Assembly: GCA_045837725.1 (NCBI GenBank)
Contig: JBEWZL010000204.1
Coordinates: forward strand, 1-64,000
Source: Vermamoeba vermiformis
Taxonomy: Eukaryota
DNA: 64,000 bases
Reading direction: 5' to 3'
Under the pieces are notes generated by a model. That model was not told where the DNA came from. It ran no database searches and saw only the letters and a list, made by a program, of their open reading frames with translations. Shown here in pieces: positions 26,001 through 40,787 of the stretch. Each line of letters starts with the position of its first letter. Position 1 is the stretch's first letter. The translations under genes and the position numbers were made by a program.

Positions 26001-27555
26001 GTAACAACTCAATTTTCCAATTTAGGAGCCATCGTATTAATTTTAAAACATGTCAGAGGTGTTGGCTAATGCGCCCCATTTGATGATTTGGAGTGACAAT
26101 GATGTTTACAATGACTTCACGTTGGGTGTCGTCGAAGGCGTTGTTCTGCCGCCTCTCGTGCTCAAACTAGCGCACGAAGTCTATCGCGAATATCAACGTC
26201 AGTTGTGGGACCCTGAGTACGAGAAGCACGTGGGCAAGCACTGCGACGAGTTCCATTTCCACAAGTATGGCGACGTCGGTGTCTTGTTCATCGACATGCG
26301 TGGCAACCGGTAAGAGGTTTAATTTCCCCTAATTAAGATTTCCCTAATGTTTCCTCGTAGTATTGACACCAACGGTGACACTTTCCCCGAAAAACCACTT
26401 GTCAGCGAGCAGCAATGGAAATTCATTGAGAAGTCCTTACACACTCCCGACTTGAAGGCTTTGCTCGTAGTTTCCGAGATTCCTTTTGTTGGCGACAGGT
26501 AGGCCAGCTTCAATCTTACCCCCACAACTTTAAACCTAATATGTTCGTGTTCTAATGTTTTTGTTAACAGCCCCGATGAGGCCAAGAAAAAGGCGTTGGA
26601 TCCGCACACCGAGTTCATCGTGGATCACTGGCCCTACAACAAAGACGAGCTCGTCAAGTTGCTGTCGATGTTGTTCGAATGGAAGGCGGCTACTAAGGGT
26701 CGCGAAGTCCTCATGATGGGCGGTGACATTCACGTTGGTGTCGAGTCTACTATCAAGGACAACAAGACCAACTCGGTCATTCGTCACGTGACTACCAGTC
26801 CGTTGACCAATCACGTCTGCAAATTTTTCCCTGCCCGTAGCGGATCCATCGATGAGCGATTCAGTTACGAACATACTGCAGGTTAGTTTTTTCATATTTG
26901 AAAGAAAATCTAGTTTCTAATTTGCCTTATTTAGTCGCTGAAAATCGAAACTATGCTTTGGTTAATACTCTCCAAAAGAACGATGGCTGGAGCGTGAATT
27001 ACTCGCTCTTGCAATCGTCGAGCAAGACTACAGTAACTACTGTCGCTAACGAGCGATGGGAAGTAGATCGTCATTCTGAGAGCTGGGCTCAAGACAAGTC
27101 TGCCGTAAGTACATTTTCTGTTACAACTTTATTCTTGGAAATTTCAGTACTTTTCAACCTAAATTGAAAAAACACCGAATATTAACTCATCTTACTATAT
27201 TATTATTATGTTTAAAGCCAATTTATTATACAAGTAATTAACAATTTATTGCTTACAGCAACTCAAAGTTTTGTTCGCTTCGGATGCGCACAAGCAGCTC
27301 ATCGACAAGACGTTCAAGAAGTTTGCTGCCAACAATAAGATCCCAGGCGAGAAGCTTTTTGATGCCGTGAGCGAGTTCTACCACGGCACCTTCCCATTGG
27401 TCAGAAAGTTGCTTGAAGCTCCGGACGCTTACGTTGCCGAATATGCTTTGCACCAATTCGACAAAGATAACAGCGGATCTATTGACGATGAAGAGTTCGG
27501 CGAATTGATCTCTGAAATGTTTGAGAAGGCTTTGTTGGAGTCGTTCGAAGCTTAA
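23035..27555 (+). CDS. Tandem PhoD-like metallophosphatase (two domains) with a C-terminal EF-hand
   Basis: Two copies of GPV(I/V)G.VT..SAI.LLEV, AVSCDR, D(L/V)MLHLGDQVY, MIWSDND.YNDF, DMRGNR, GGDIHVG, T.P.TN; EF-hand loop DKDNSGSIDDEE. Confidence 0.85.
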
Positions 27556-27763
27556 GTTAAAAACCAACCCCTCTGTGCATGCCACAATCCCTTTTGTTCC
27601 AAATTAAATAATTTTTTAATGTTTGAAGCAAAATTTATATTTTTTTTCGTTTGACTAGTCAAATAAGAGAACTTAAGAATAATTAGAGAACGGCCCGCTA
27701 AAAAATTTTGAAAAACGCCACTGTTTCAGTTTCTATGCATTAAAAACAAGATGAAACACAACG

Positions 27764-29943
27764 ATGGAGCTTAAGGAAGAAATTATTCCTGTTTACGTAC
27801 AAACCTTGACGGGCAAATCGAAGCGGATCTGGATCAACCGACAGGCTCGCATCAGATCAATGCAGTGGGCTGTTATGTCTGCATTTGGCATACCATGCGA
27901 AAATCAAAGCTATATTTTGCTGAAAAACAGTGCGTAATCTACTTTTGAATTTTTAATTTTACTTTAATTTGAAGTTATCAATGGAACCTTATGCGTTTAT
28001 CCGGTTGTTTTTGTTGAGTTTTCGGCGATAAATTTATTAAAGTGTGCTCGCCGAAATAGCGATATTACTAAGAGTTGCAAATTAATAATATTGATGTAGA
28101 AAAATTATTAAAATTATTATAATAATTAATTGAGCGTCCGTACGACTTTCGTGCACGAAATAATTGATTTAAAAATTTTTTTGTAGGCTTGCAGCTGGAA
28201 CTAGACCGAACGTTTGCCCTGTACGTAAGTTTACTAACGTTGAATGAATAATTATTAATCTATATTTAATTTAGAATATCTCACGAGGTCAGATCAAGCA
28301 AGAAAATCAATTTTTTTTTGACCTTAGAATTCAGACGCCTTCATAGATGTTGTAATTCGTTTGCGAGGAAATGAGACATTAGATAATATGTATATAGAGC
28401 AAGATCGTAAGCGCTACCTCAAATTGAACCGAAACGCATCTGGAGCTTACTCACGAAACTTCAGCAAAGGATCTTATTACGCCAATTACGATTCAATTAG
28501 CGCAATTGAATTTATTTGTTCATCATATGAGCCCTAATACGATTAAACAAGCCTGGCAAGAGTACGCTATTCTTATCTTTATGATTAACTTAATAATTTT
28601 AACGTTCTAATTGACAGGAGTATTAATTTTAAGCCTAAAGAATCAGACAAAGCGTATAAAAAGCTTAAGAGCTTGCCATCAGACGTAAGATCCAAAAATT
28701 AGTAAATTTGGAATTGATCGATTTGCTCTTAGTGGAAGAAAAAGGCTCGGAAAGTCATTCCCCAAACACTATCAATATTAGGATATGATCAACGGAATAT
28801 TGATTTGGTTGTCAAAGCGTTGAAACCAGTGGATGCAGCTGAAGCAGTTGCGTGGTTGAAAGTGAACGGCATTATCGAGTAACGAAAATTATCTATTTAT
28901 ATCCATGTATAGTTTAAAAACTAACTATTAATTGGTAGCGCAAATCCGGATCTAGTTCAGTTGTTCGAGAAATTTCCGGATGTGGTCGCCGAGCACATCG
29001 TTAAGTACTTGACGTTAGCAGAACGACAGTCCTTTAGTAAAGCATGCACTACATTTAATAGAATAGGTATGTTTGATAATATATCGTATACCTAGGCTCA
29101 ATGCTTTTGTATTTTTAGCAAAATCGCCGGCAGCATGGAAAAATTTGGTGCTTGTCTCTGATTGGTCGAATATGACAGACAAGTGCTTCATTAAAATCAT
29201 GAAAGATTATGGCCAATTCATCGAACGATTATCAATTCAGAGGTGTTGTTATTTGACTCCTGACGCGTACGTTAAATTCTAACCCTAACCCTCGATCATG
29301 GACACTAATTTTTTTTTGCTAGTGTTAAACTCATTGGAGATTTTTGTACAAATTTAACAGTCCTATTTGCTGGAGACTGCCCCAGTATGACTTTTGCAGT
29401 CCTCGATAACATTTTCACGAAGTGTCTTAAACTCGAAGTGGTCGACTTAAGGCTTCAAAGTACCGGGAATGCACTCCTCGTGGGTAGGAGACGCCCTATT
29501 TTCACAAATTTTCTTTATTTGCTAACATAATATTTGCAGAACCAGTGCCATCCGTCAATAATTTGCAACGACTTCGAGAACTGAATATCTCAAATCGAAT
29601 CTTTGCAGAATCGTCAGAAATATCCAGCCAGTCATTGCAGATACTAAACATCAAAAACTCGTTCACTGAAAGCGGCTACAGTTCACTGAAAATAGATTGT
29701 CCGAACTTGACATATTTATTCACCAGCGAAAATCACAAACTGAACGATTCACTGAAAGAAAAATTGTCACTCAAGCACGGAATAAGTGTCCACATTTATT
29801 CAGGTGCTGGTGACGGAGAATATTTTACCTCAAAAGCACTTACGACCGACAAAGTTATCAAATCAGGAATTTACAGTACACCCTTGCAAGATGGAACAAC
29901 GTTGTGGGTATTAAGTAAAAAGAGTTCATCATCAATGCAATAA
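27764..29943 (+). CDS. Ubiquitin-like + UBA-like + F-box + LRR protein (single spliced model)
   Basis: UBL: VYVQTLTGK...GIPCENQ...VVIRLRGN; UBA-like: LSILGYDQRNIDLVVKAL...AEAVAWL; intron 28880-28938 joins in frame to F-box LFEKFPDVVAEHIVKYL...CTTFNRI; then LRR-like repeats. Confidence 0.7.
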
Positions 29944-30157
29944 ATCAAATTGCCTTGGCACCGAGAATTTAGACAAATCTTTCGAAGCTACATTTTGACG
30001 AAAGTCAGACACTCATTCGATCGATGACTTCAGAAAACATTCCTACCAATAGTACGTACATTAACGGCGAGAGTTCTTAGTTTAATGGCAAGCCAAACAA
30101 AAGAAAGGTTACCTTAAACTCTAATAATCTCTACGTTTTATTTCTACAGCGTGTATT

Positions 30158-30937
30158 TTACAAAATTATACATCGATTCCATTTCGACGGTCTTTGTGGC
30201 GGCACTGTCGTCGGAACAGGTTTTGGAAGCTTCTCGATGGCTTTTTCCATATTGCGAGTAAGCGTTAAAACGGCCTCGTTAATATTGATGTTATTTTTGG
30301 CACTCGTTTCAAAATACGGAACTCCTAAATAATCTGCTAATTGCTTGGCTTCTTCGTATGAGACTTGTCGCTTATCGGCCAAATCAATCTTAGTTCCCAC
30401 TAATATTTTTTGAACATTTTCATTCGCAAAACGATTGATCTCTTCGAAGTATGCCGGAACTTGGTTAAAAGAATGTTCGCGGTCGGTGCAATCGAAGAGT
30501 ACTATAATGCCATGAGCACCGCGGTACGAGGAGGATATTGGACTATATCTTTGAAAAATTATTAGACGATGGAGTCAATTCATTTCTCGATCTTACTTTC
30601 GACCGCCAATAGAATCCCATATTTGAAGCTTGATCACTTTTGAAGTATCGGGTGATTGGATAGTTTTAATTCTCTGTCAGATAATATTTAAAAAATTAGC
30701 GAGGACTAATAAATTAATAATTACTCGATCCACTTACAAAATCGATGCCAATAGTCGAAATAAATAGTTCGGTGAAAGTATCATCCGCATATCTAGTCAG
30801 AAAGCTAGTTTTACCGGCTCCCGAACTGCCTTTGAGCAGGTACTAAAAAAACAGTTGTCAAAAAGAGCTGATCGTTTCTTAGATCTTCGCCAACTTGTTA
30901 CCTTAAACAGATAATCGTACTGAGGTTTGTTATCCAT
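30158..30937 (-). CDS. Rab1/Rab8-like small GTPase, divergent
   Basis: [48 protein letters not shown]-terminal CIIL. Confidence 0.9.
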
Positions 30938-31538
30938 ATCGTGTGCGTCTAACTAAACAAAAATATCGTTTTTCTTGTTGTTTGGTTGTCAATTTTAATT
31001 GCTTTTTATTTGAAAATCGGCTACAAAAAACTTCAACCGTGTTACTTAATAATTACATTTTATGAATGTAATAATGAATGGTACTTATAGTATAATGCTT
31101 TTAAATGTACGTCCAACCTTGGATGTTGTTTCAATGTATGTCGCATAATGCCCTTTTAAGGTTTATGCTTTATGTTTTCTCAGATTTGTGTTGATTTGCT
31201 GTTTGTTATTGTGAGTGTTGTGTAGTGTTTTAAATATTGTTAAATTAATAATTGTTTCTGTTTTCTTTGTTGGGTTCTAGAACCCGTTAGTGACTTGGAG
31301 TTGTTTATCTATATTAGATCGAGATCAAGCAGATAGTGTGATATCTAGTAGGATTGACCACGATCATGTGCTAGGTGTTATTATATGCATCTTTGTGTAT
31401 TATTGTTGCTTCGTTAATATCTGCGATTTTTTGGATCGCATCCGTTGTTTCGTTTTCTTTTGGCTCGTTTCCAAAGAGACTCTGTCCTCGAAAACGTCGC
31501 CAATTCTTCTTATATAAATAATAATATTGTTACATATA

Positions 31539-32444
31539 TTATTTTGACAGCTCAGCATCTTTTGGGCGGTGCGTTGATCCAGTTTGCTGATTATTATTCG
31601 AACTACCAGTATTCGTAAAATAATTCGTATTATTTTTCTTATAGTCTGAATCCATACGCGTGGCTGATAATATAACGCTCTCGACGCAATAATTGACCAT
31701 TGAAAGCGATTTAAAATGCAAGGAGATCCCGTTGCTGGATTTGTCCCTGGATTCGACGATTAATCGGCCTGAAATTGATAAGCCACCGTGCGGGCCCTTA
31801 GATGTGTAGTGTGCCTTGATATTATCGCCATGGCTGAAGAAATAATTGATATATTCTTCTGCTTGTGTATGGACGGCAAATGAATATTCAATAAGCCACG
31901 GGCCAAATGGCAAAAATAATCTGCAAGCTTCGAGTGATTGGGAGACCGTATTATCTCCATGTGCTGTACACATTAAAGGGTCCAAACAGTGTGCCACTAA
32001 GCGTTTTTGATATTGTATTGATTTTTTGGCTTGATCGAGTTGTTTTTGCAATAATTCGATTTTTTTGTTAGATTCGGCCAATAAATGCTGTAATTTCGCT
32101 TCTTCTGTTATATGCTGCTTCTCTAATTGTAGAGTGATAGTCCGCTCGATGAATTTTTCTTTGACTGTTATTAAAACATGCAGATCTTCCTTAATTGTTG
32201 TGATCTTGACGTGAATATTATTTTCTACGGTCTTATTCGCGATAATCATAGTCATAATTTGTTCGATTGATTCGAGGTGGTATCCTTTATTGCTAATATC
32301 CTGGGCCAATGCTTCATCTACCGCATCCGAAATCCAAACATTTTTCTTGTCTGCTGATTCAGCCCGTATTTGAATTTTTTTGGGGCTCGTATTAGCATTT
32401 ATAATGGAAAATGTGACTTTATCAACAACGTTGGTTTCCGCCAT
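31539..32444 (-). CDS. Hypothetical protein with a central coiled coil (apparently single exon)
   Basis: About 300-codon uninterrupted ORF from MAETNVV; heptad segment EEAKLQHLLAESNKKIELLQKQLDQAKK. Confidence 0.6.
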   Translation of the reverse strand: MAETNVVDKVTFSIINANTSPKKIQIRAESADKKNVWISDAVDEALAQDISNKGYHLESIEQIMTMIIANKTVENNIHVKITTIKEDLHVLITVKEKFIERTITLQLEKQHITEEAKLQHLLAESNKKIELLQKQLDQAKKSIQYQKRLVAHCLDPLMCTAHGDNTVSQSLEACRLFLPFGPWLIEYSFAVHTQAEEYINYFFSHGDNIKAHYTSKGPHGGLSISGRLIVESRDKSSNGISLHFKSLSMVNYCVESVILSATRMDSDYKKNNTNYFTNTGSSNNNQQTGSTHRPKDAELSK

Positions 32445-32537
32445 CGTGCAACATGAAAAATAAAAAAATTCAATTTTCGGATCAAGTCCTTGGCAACAAC
32501 ACAAGGCCAATAAATTATTATTATATATTGTTATATT

Positions 32538-33787
32538 ATGGGCAATCATAAAGGCAAATTAAGGGTGTCGATTGGCGACGATACATCTGCGCTGCACCTC
32601 ATAGATTTGCCGATCGAGCTTTGGGAATTGATTTTAATGCACACCGACTCTAAGACATTAGCAACTATAGTGCCTAGAGTATGTAAACTATTGAACGAGC
32701 TGAGTTCTCAAGATCACATCTGGAAACACAAGTACTTGGCTGAATACAACCCTGAGGTTGTGCCAGAACTCAGCGATGATATGAACTGGAAAATAATGTT
32801 TTTTAAAGGTAATTTTAGAATTAATTTTGATTATTTTTAAATATTGAATTTGACCCGGGTAAAATTGTGAAATATTGTAAATTTCAGCCAACGTTAAATA
32901 GCTTAATAAACCTACAATTCACGCCTTCTATAGTCGAGCAATTTTAATTTATTAGTCGGTTTAAAATTGAATCGACAAAATTATTTCGGAATTCTAAACT
33001 CGAGCAAATCCGCGGTCTAACTCAACTTTTTTACCCTAGGCAGAAGCATACTATTCCCTTTATACGGAATTGAAATTGGAAAGACTACAAAAGCGCAACT
33101 CAAAGCCAGATCTGACGCAAAAGACAACGGCGATTACTTTACCGTTCAAAACATCAATTTCTGGGTCCATTCGCATCCCGATCATAATGTATTCAATGGC
33201 ATGTACATTGCCCGCGGCATCTACATCATCCCTCCGTAAGTATCACTTGCCTTGAATTATTTTTAGCAGTCGCGGATTTGAATCTGCCCTAACGACCTTA
33301 AAAATCTACTTCCGTTTATATTATCCATTTATTTTGTTCTATTATATTGATCATATCAATCGATTGTACGAATCTATTTCTTGAGCGTACGTTTATGTTA
33401 ATTTTTTTTGGGCAGATCTTGGGAAAAGAAAGGCATTACATGGGAGAGATCGTACGAGAAATATAAAGAGCTATTAAAACAACTCCTCGGCAATGTTGTT
33501 GAAGGCCATACTCCGCGATTTCGAGAGTGGCAAGGCGAGCAATGTTTTCAGGGCGAGTTGATCTCGGTCGCGACTGAAGGCAACGTGCAATATGAAATCA
33601 AGTTTGGATTCGATTATACTCCTGGTACGTATGAATATACTATGAGACTATAAGAATATATTTATAAGCCAATTGTTTGAGAAGTTTCGAAGGATTGCTT
33701 CAACTACTAACTTCGTTTAATTTAATTACAGGAACTGAAAAGTCGCATAATACTTTGTATAATATATCTGTCATGCTTAAGAAATAA
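32538..33787 (+). CDS. F-box protein
   Basis: LIDLPIELWELILMH...PRVCKLLNELSSQDHIWK; further spliced exons to a TAA ending at 33787. Confidence 0.8.
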
Positions 33788-33889
33788 TAGCGTTCGATTT
33801 GAATTAAAGAACGTTGCAGATCCAATTTTATTTTGTTGTTAAAATAAGCGTTACAAATAACTCTTTGTGTAATTATTTGAAATTACTGA

Positions 33890-35880
33890 TTAAAATTGGC
33901 CATTTAAGAAGTTTTTGAGCAGCTCTATAGACGAAATTAGTAAAATATTTTAGAATCAAAATTTTGTAGCGGATGTGGATCTGACGAACGAAAATCTCTA
34001 CTTACGCAAAGCAGGAGCAGGTTGATACCAAGGTACCATATGACCAGCACCCTTGACTGTAGCGAAGGTCATGCGATCAAACTTGACGTACCAGCCAGCC
34101 ACTTGTTGTCCGTTCTCGTTGTTGTAATTCCACGCACCCCAAGGAGACTTGACGGATCTGCCGAGGTTCAAGATCCATGTTTGCGTGCCAACAAAATTAA
34201 TAACGGTGTCGGCATCACCAGAATATACGAGTACTTTGTATTGCGTCGAATTCACGAAGAAATCAAAGTACGGGATCATCGAGTTGTAGACGTCGGATTG
34301 ATCGTAATCAATGCCTCCACATATTTGCCAAGTACCTGGTTGAGCATGGATAGCTGATTGAACGTCGGGTCTCTGCACGAATTTTAATCAGTACAAAATT
34401 AAAAAATTACGAATAAAATTTCCGAGAATTTTTTTTGAATTAAAGCAATGCGTTTCTCTTACGTTGAAATAAGCAGTGACATAGTCATCAATGCAAGCAG
34501 GTGGGTTAGGAACGTATCTCTTCTTTGGACCGTTCTTGAAAAGCGGATGTGGAAAACGGATGCGATCTCTGACGCCATCAGCATTGCAAATATCGACCAA
34601 AATGTCATAAGGCTAATAAAAATGTTAAGGTAATGCATATATTAACGCGTTAATAGCCAAATAGTAATTGCTACAAAAATTATATCGGATCTTACATCGA
34701 TTGCGCTCATATCTACGTCATTACTGTTAGTATCACCCAGCTGCACCATTCCGTGGTATTGTCTGTTAATATATATTATTAATTTCAGTCACAACAAAGT
34801 ACAACGTTTAGGCTTACAGGTACATATTCAACGGAGCTCCAAAATCAATATCAGCCTTAATAAATTAAGATTAAATATACCGTTAATTAATTGCTATAAA
34901 TAGCTTCTTACGTCTACCAAAGGATTTCCGACCAAAAATCCACGGAATTTGTTAAACGGGCTGGTGCTAGCCAACATCGCGATCCGATAAGAAATCATAG
35001 GAATGTAGTGTCCTATTAATACTTAGTACTTATATTCCCTAATATTTAGTACTTACCAGCATAGCTCTCGCCAGCAATGTAAAAATCGTTGTTTTGGAAC
35101 TTCGGATACTGTGCGAACCATTGTTGAAGGAACTAAAAAAAGGTCTTAGTTAACCGGACTGGCTATATATTAATATAATATACCGTAATAGCATCATCTG
35201 CAGTTGAATTATCGTCGGAACTACCACTTGGATTGAAGATCGAGAAACCAACGCTGAAAACGGATCCGATCAGTTCGAACAACTTCTTCTTATTGCATTA
35301 ATAATACGTACCCTGCAGGAGAATCGAGATAGAGAACATTAGCAACCTTGTTCCAGCTATACGGATTGGCGATCAAGTTTGTATTGTTGACGGCTGAGAA
35401 AGGTCCGTTTTCCTATGCGCAAATTAGTATGAAAGTGTTAAATAAGATTAATAATAACATACAGACAATACAGCATCCATACTAGAGCATCCAGGGCCTA
35501 TTTGAATAGCATTCGTTGGTTAAAATATCCTTCAGATCAAAGTGTTTAAAAAAAAACTTACCTCCGTTGAGCCACAAAATTAAAGGATCAGTTGACGGCG
35601 CATTAGCTGACTCGACGAACCTATAATTACACGTTTAGGTAATTAAAAACAATTTTTGAGATTTTTAAAAGCGACTTTACCAGTAGAAAAGTTGTTTGCT
35701 CGAGCTAACAGGTATGTAGCCGGAGTACATGCGGAAGGTTGGTGTAAAGTTCTATATATGCAATTAATATTCTATTAATCATCGAAGGAAGCTTACCACG
35801 CCGGGAAGTTTCTGGATCAGATTCGAGTTTTGAGCCATAACGGCCAAAACAAACGCACAAAGCAAGATTATTGCTCGCAT
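33890..35880 (-). CDS. Serine carboxypeptidase (S10), secreted
   Basis: Signal peptide; WLNGGPGCSS, YSWNKVANVLYLDSPAG, GESYAG, VLVYSGDAD, VKGAGHMVP. Confidence 0.95.
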
Positions 35881-36177
35881 GTTGTCTACCTACTAAGTAA
35901 ATAATGATAAATATTAATTAAACCGTTCCAAGCACAACAAGCACTGAATTTTCAATAGAAAGTTCGCGTTTTTTATTTCAACCGTTCTTTTCAGGCAGAT
36001 TGTGCATTTAATGACACATGTTGCTAGCACCTTTGAAAAGGTATACCGTGGAATGAACAATGAGGGTGGATAGTTGATGATAACTGATCGGGTGAATCTT
36101 TGCGTCCTGTAATTCACAAATAGTTCTTGACAAGGACGCATGGAGACCCCAATTATTTGTCTTATATTTTGTTTATT

Positions 36178-38134
<1,957 letters not shown>

Positions 38135-38293
38135 ATTGTTTACGTAAATAAATATAACCTTTGATAAAGGATTTTCTGGTACTACCTGAATCATCGTACA
38201 GAAAATTAGCCAACCTTCGATTTGAATTGAAAGCAGGGACATGATCTTTTTAGATCAGAGAGCTCTTGCGAGAACTTGAAGGAAGGTGACCGA

Positions 38294-38620
38294 ATGTCTA
38301 GTATTTACAATGGATCAAATGCGTTTCTATCACCGGGCCAAAAGGTTACTCGGCAGTACTTTTCCAAGCCATACCTTTGCATAGATAGAGATCCAGACGA
38401 TTCAGAGGAAGAGGCCAATGAAGATATACAGTTTGCCAACACTTCCGACGATGAGTTAGCGAACGAAGAATATGGCCCAAGCTCGAGCTGGAAAATCAAA
38501 AAACGACGCAATAAACGTCACGTGCAACCAATCAACCTAACGGCATCAAAGGTGAACAGTGATAGCTCCTCAGATTACGATTCTATGGCCAGTATTGACG
38601 ACTATTCTGTATATGAATAA
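38294..38620 (+). CDS. Small acidic/low-complexity hypothetical protein
   Basis: Open frame with acidic tracts and a basic KIKKRRNKR patch, followed by an AATAAA-like signal; no recognised homology. Confidence 0.3.
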   Translation: MSSIYNGSNAFLSPGQKVTRQYFSKPYLCIDRDPDDSEEEANEDIQFANTSDDELANEEYGPSSSWKIKKRRNKRHVQPINLTASKVNSDSSSDYDSMASIDDYSVYE

Positions 38621-38648
38621 ATATTTATTGCAATGACAATCACTTGAT

Positions 38649-40519
38649 TTACTGCAACGCTTGCTTTTGTGCTGCTTTGATGATGCTCTTGAGTTTCTCT
38701 GCCTCCTTTTCCGAGGTTGTGCCACTAGCGATGCCAACGCTTCTTAGCTTGTTGCCTACGCGTGTTGGCCTTCAATACTCAAGTGCAAAGGCAGCACTTA
38801 GAGAATCTATGTCAGATCTGAATCAGACTCAGCCCAGACTCAGCTCGCTCGGAGTCATCAGAATCCCATCGGAATGCAAACTTGCGCATTGTTGGGACTG
38901 TTGCTGGTTGGCGTAGCTAAAGATTAGATAATGTAGTTGGCAGCGATTCTTCACAGTGTCGTCTCGTGCTTTAATAATCTTGGTGGGATTCGTTCAATGA
39001 CTTATTAGTGCCATCCAATTTGATATCAAAGCGCGCCCATTTTTGGATTGCCGATTTTACCTCTTTGCGGATAATACTCTTGCAAAGCTTTTTCTTTCTT
39101 TCCCCACTCTTCCTAGGTTCACACCTTTGCAAACAAGATCTTTGTCTATTTCAACTTCTGGATGCGAATCCAAAATTAATCTTAATCTCCGGATTATCTC
39201 CTTCCTTTGCTTGATTCGGCAAATCGTTCTTCCATTCTAGCAGCATTTTTATCTATTCGCAGCTTGACTATCTCAATCAGCTTAGAATTCTGTTTTGTTA
39301 GACGATAATATCTCTTTAATTAGCTATTCCACTTCATCCTTTTTTTCATGAACTCTTATATTTTCTGGAGTCCAATTCTTAATTCATGCAATTCGTTACT
39401 CATATGGACAGTAGACGTTTGGGGTCTCTTCCGTGATCAATCTGATGAGACACGCGCGTTGTGGTTTGTGGTTAACGTTGTAACCGACTGCCAGGTCAGT
39501 ATCCATCGTCTGAACAAAATTAAAAAAGTAGAATTAAGTAGTTAATTATTCTTAGTTTTTTTCTGGGCCATTAATTTGCAAGATTTTGTTGATTGTTCGT
39601 TGAGTTTCTCGACTTACCCTATCAATTATGTTACCAAATTATTTTCTGTTAACTTCTTGTTCTTGCGGGTTGTCTTGCCGTTTCGCGGTCTAAATCCAAA
39701 GTTTCCCTATAGCAGTGTGATACCATTGCCTCCGTGCTTGTCTGAGTGAAGTATTTCTGGAGCATCTTCTCTAGCATTATCGTACAAGATTTGCGCCCAC
39801 TGTGCGCTGTCGTCAATATTTGAGTACAAAAGTTCTTTCCTCCTCAGCTGATTTTGTTCTCATTGGAAAGCAACTTCTTGGAAAAGTGATCGATGATCCC
39901 CAATGTTTCGTGCCATCATTTTTCTTTGAAGTGTGTGTACGTAGTGTCGATGACCCATCTCTCTTCCTTCCTCTTGAAGGGAATTGTTTTTGGAGGCTTA
40001 TTGATTGGATTGTATGTTCCATTTTTACAGACTTATGTGTCGCTGCCATTCCTTGCTAATGCCGTAGTGCTCCATTGAGATCTCTAAACGTTGAATATCC
40101 CAAATGATAATTAATTCTGATGACTTCTGCTCTTCGTGCTTTTCCCGGTGCATCCTTTCTTTTCTTTCCCAAAGTATCGTTGATCGGGTGAAATCGATTC
40201 AGATCTTGTACGCCTCCCAAGAAGGAAAAATAATTTCAATTATCTTCCCTTCAGTTTTTTACATCTAATTGAAGGGTTTGTCCGTGTGGCCATTCAACAT
40301 CTCCTATAAATTATAAGAATTTAAAATTAATTATTTTGATCCGTAACTCTCCTCCTCCTTGACGCTTTGAACCATTCAAAAAACATTTGGCCTTGAACGA
40401 ATCTATTTTTTTTGGGCCATATTCTTTCCTTCAATAGAGGATGTGCCTCGTGTGGATTGGTGCCGGTCTCGTCTTGTTATTGCTGTCGTCCTCCTTTTAG
40501 CTGTTTTGTTCTTTTCCAT
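38649..40519 (-). mobile_element. Decayed DDE integrase (rve) of Ginger/TDD or KRBA2 type; transposon relic
   Basis: Frameshifted fragments in correct order: HYGISKE, ERWVIDTT, GIIDHFSK, FPMRTKSAEE, PEILHSD, VEKLN, RW..DLAVGYNVNH, HGRDP; many stops. Outer boundaries are approximate. Confidence 0.7.
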
Positions 40520-40787
40520 TATTTACATCAATTTGTCGTTGCTAATCTGAAAAATTAATTAACAATTTTTTCTCCGGAGCGTCTCGACTTCCAAAAGAAA
40601 TTTCCTAATTGAATTGCATCTTATTCCAAGTATATATTGATCGGTGCCTGTTGTTCTTTTGCGATCTACAAAATTTTATTTAGATATCGATATTTGTTAC
40701 CTGTTAGTTACCATGATCTACATATAACAGCTTTCGTTGGCCGATTGATTTTGCTATTTACATATTTAAAGTACATTCGTTACAACA

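Noticed and set aside
29279-29292. Telomere-like CTAACCCTAACCCT
   Set aside because: Only about two units, inside an intron; overlaps a branch-point-like CTAAC.
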